Part shown: positions 19,337 through 19,924 of the stretch, piece by piece
Layout of the letters: the number at the start of each line of letters is the position of its first letter
How positions within the stretch are numbered: position 1 is the stretch's first letter
From: Octopus sinensis
Lineage: Eukaryota
Length of the DNA stretch: 19,924 nt
NCBI RefSeq assembly: GCF_006345805.1
Contig: NW_021824065.1
Location: 1-19,924, forward strand
Direction: 5' to 3'
Made by a program: the position numbers and the translations under genes
Notes under the pieces: model-generated
What the model saw: only the letters and a program-made list of their open reading frames with translations
Database searches by the model: none
Told to the model about the DNA's origin: nothing

Positions 19337-19614
19337 ATTAATTCTCTTTATATCTTTCTCTTCTCTTTTTATTAATATTATTAATAAAAAAAATGAAAAT
19401 AGAGAGAGAAACAGAGAGAGAGAGAGAAATTGGGCTTTGTTTTTTTTTTTTTTTTTTTGACGTTATCATTGAAATTTGCTCAAGTCTGTAAAAATCGCGT
19501 TGAGTGTCAGGACCTGGTTGGAAATTAAAAAATAACAAACAACATTAGTCGTAACATATGTTCCAATTACCATTTACACGTCATACACAGCAGAATAAGT
19601 GCAACGCAAAAAAA

Positions 19615-19692
19615 AAAACATACATACATGAACACACACACCCACAATCTCATACATTTATACTAATTATGCACGCACACACACACACACAT

Positions 19693-19725
<33 letters not shown>

Positions 19726-19920
19726 CTATAACGGATGAATTTATACAACGATATTCTTACACATGCATGAATATTACATATTTGCGTGCGTAAGAATGTA
19801 TATGCTCAACTAAATGTATACATATACGTACGGACACACATAGATATATATCAAATACACATATACTTAAACATATACATATCACGTGAAATATGTGTAC
19901 ATATGTATATGCATATTCGT
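19615..19920. repeat. Degenerate (CA)/(TACA)/(TA)n low-complexity tract
   Basis: Visible. Confidence 0.88.
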
Positions 19921-19924
19921 TCGA

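Noticed and set aside
1-19924. CRISPR array, rRNA, operon or other prokaryotic system
   Set aside because: No regularly spaced repeat-spacer units, no rRNA motifs and no intact long ORFs; the composition and repeat content are those of an animal genome.

Overview
AT-rich, microsatellite-saturated metazoan DNA with no confidently identifiable host gene; it looks intergenic or intronic. The repeat families and the density of (TA)n/(CA)n/(ATCT)n/(ATT)n tracts point to a cephalopod, most likely Octopus (recognised from memory, not from a search). Most supplied ORFs are translations of microsatellites. What can be supported is layered transposable-element content. (1) About 13 tRNA-derived SINE copies or fragments are built from interchangeable heads, bodies and tails, several with clear 12-15 bp target-site duplications (TSDs). 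(2) There are four degraded LINE pieces: an RTE/BovB-like 5'UTR plus APE endonuclease, an RTE-clade C-terminus, a CR1-like C-terminus and an R4/Dong-like C-terminus. (3) There is a non-autonomous Helitron with canonical termini, a Helentron-type (HINE/pearl-like) element and two palindromic MITE-like elements. The most interesting observations are a chimeric SINE bounded by a single TSD, a duplicated pseudoknot-like motif in the RTE 5'UTR, nested insertions and a (TA)n cruciform with unique inverted arms. A few low-confidence exon/small-ORF candidates also appear. I found no evidence for a new multi-gene system. Family labels A-E below are my own working names.
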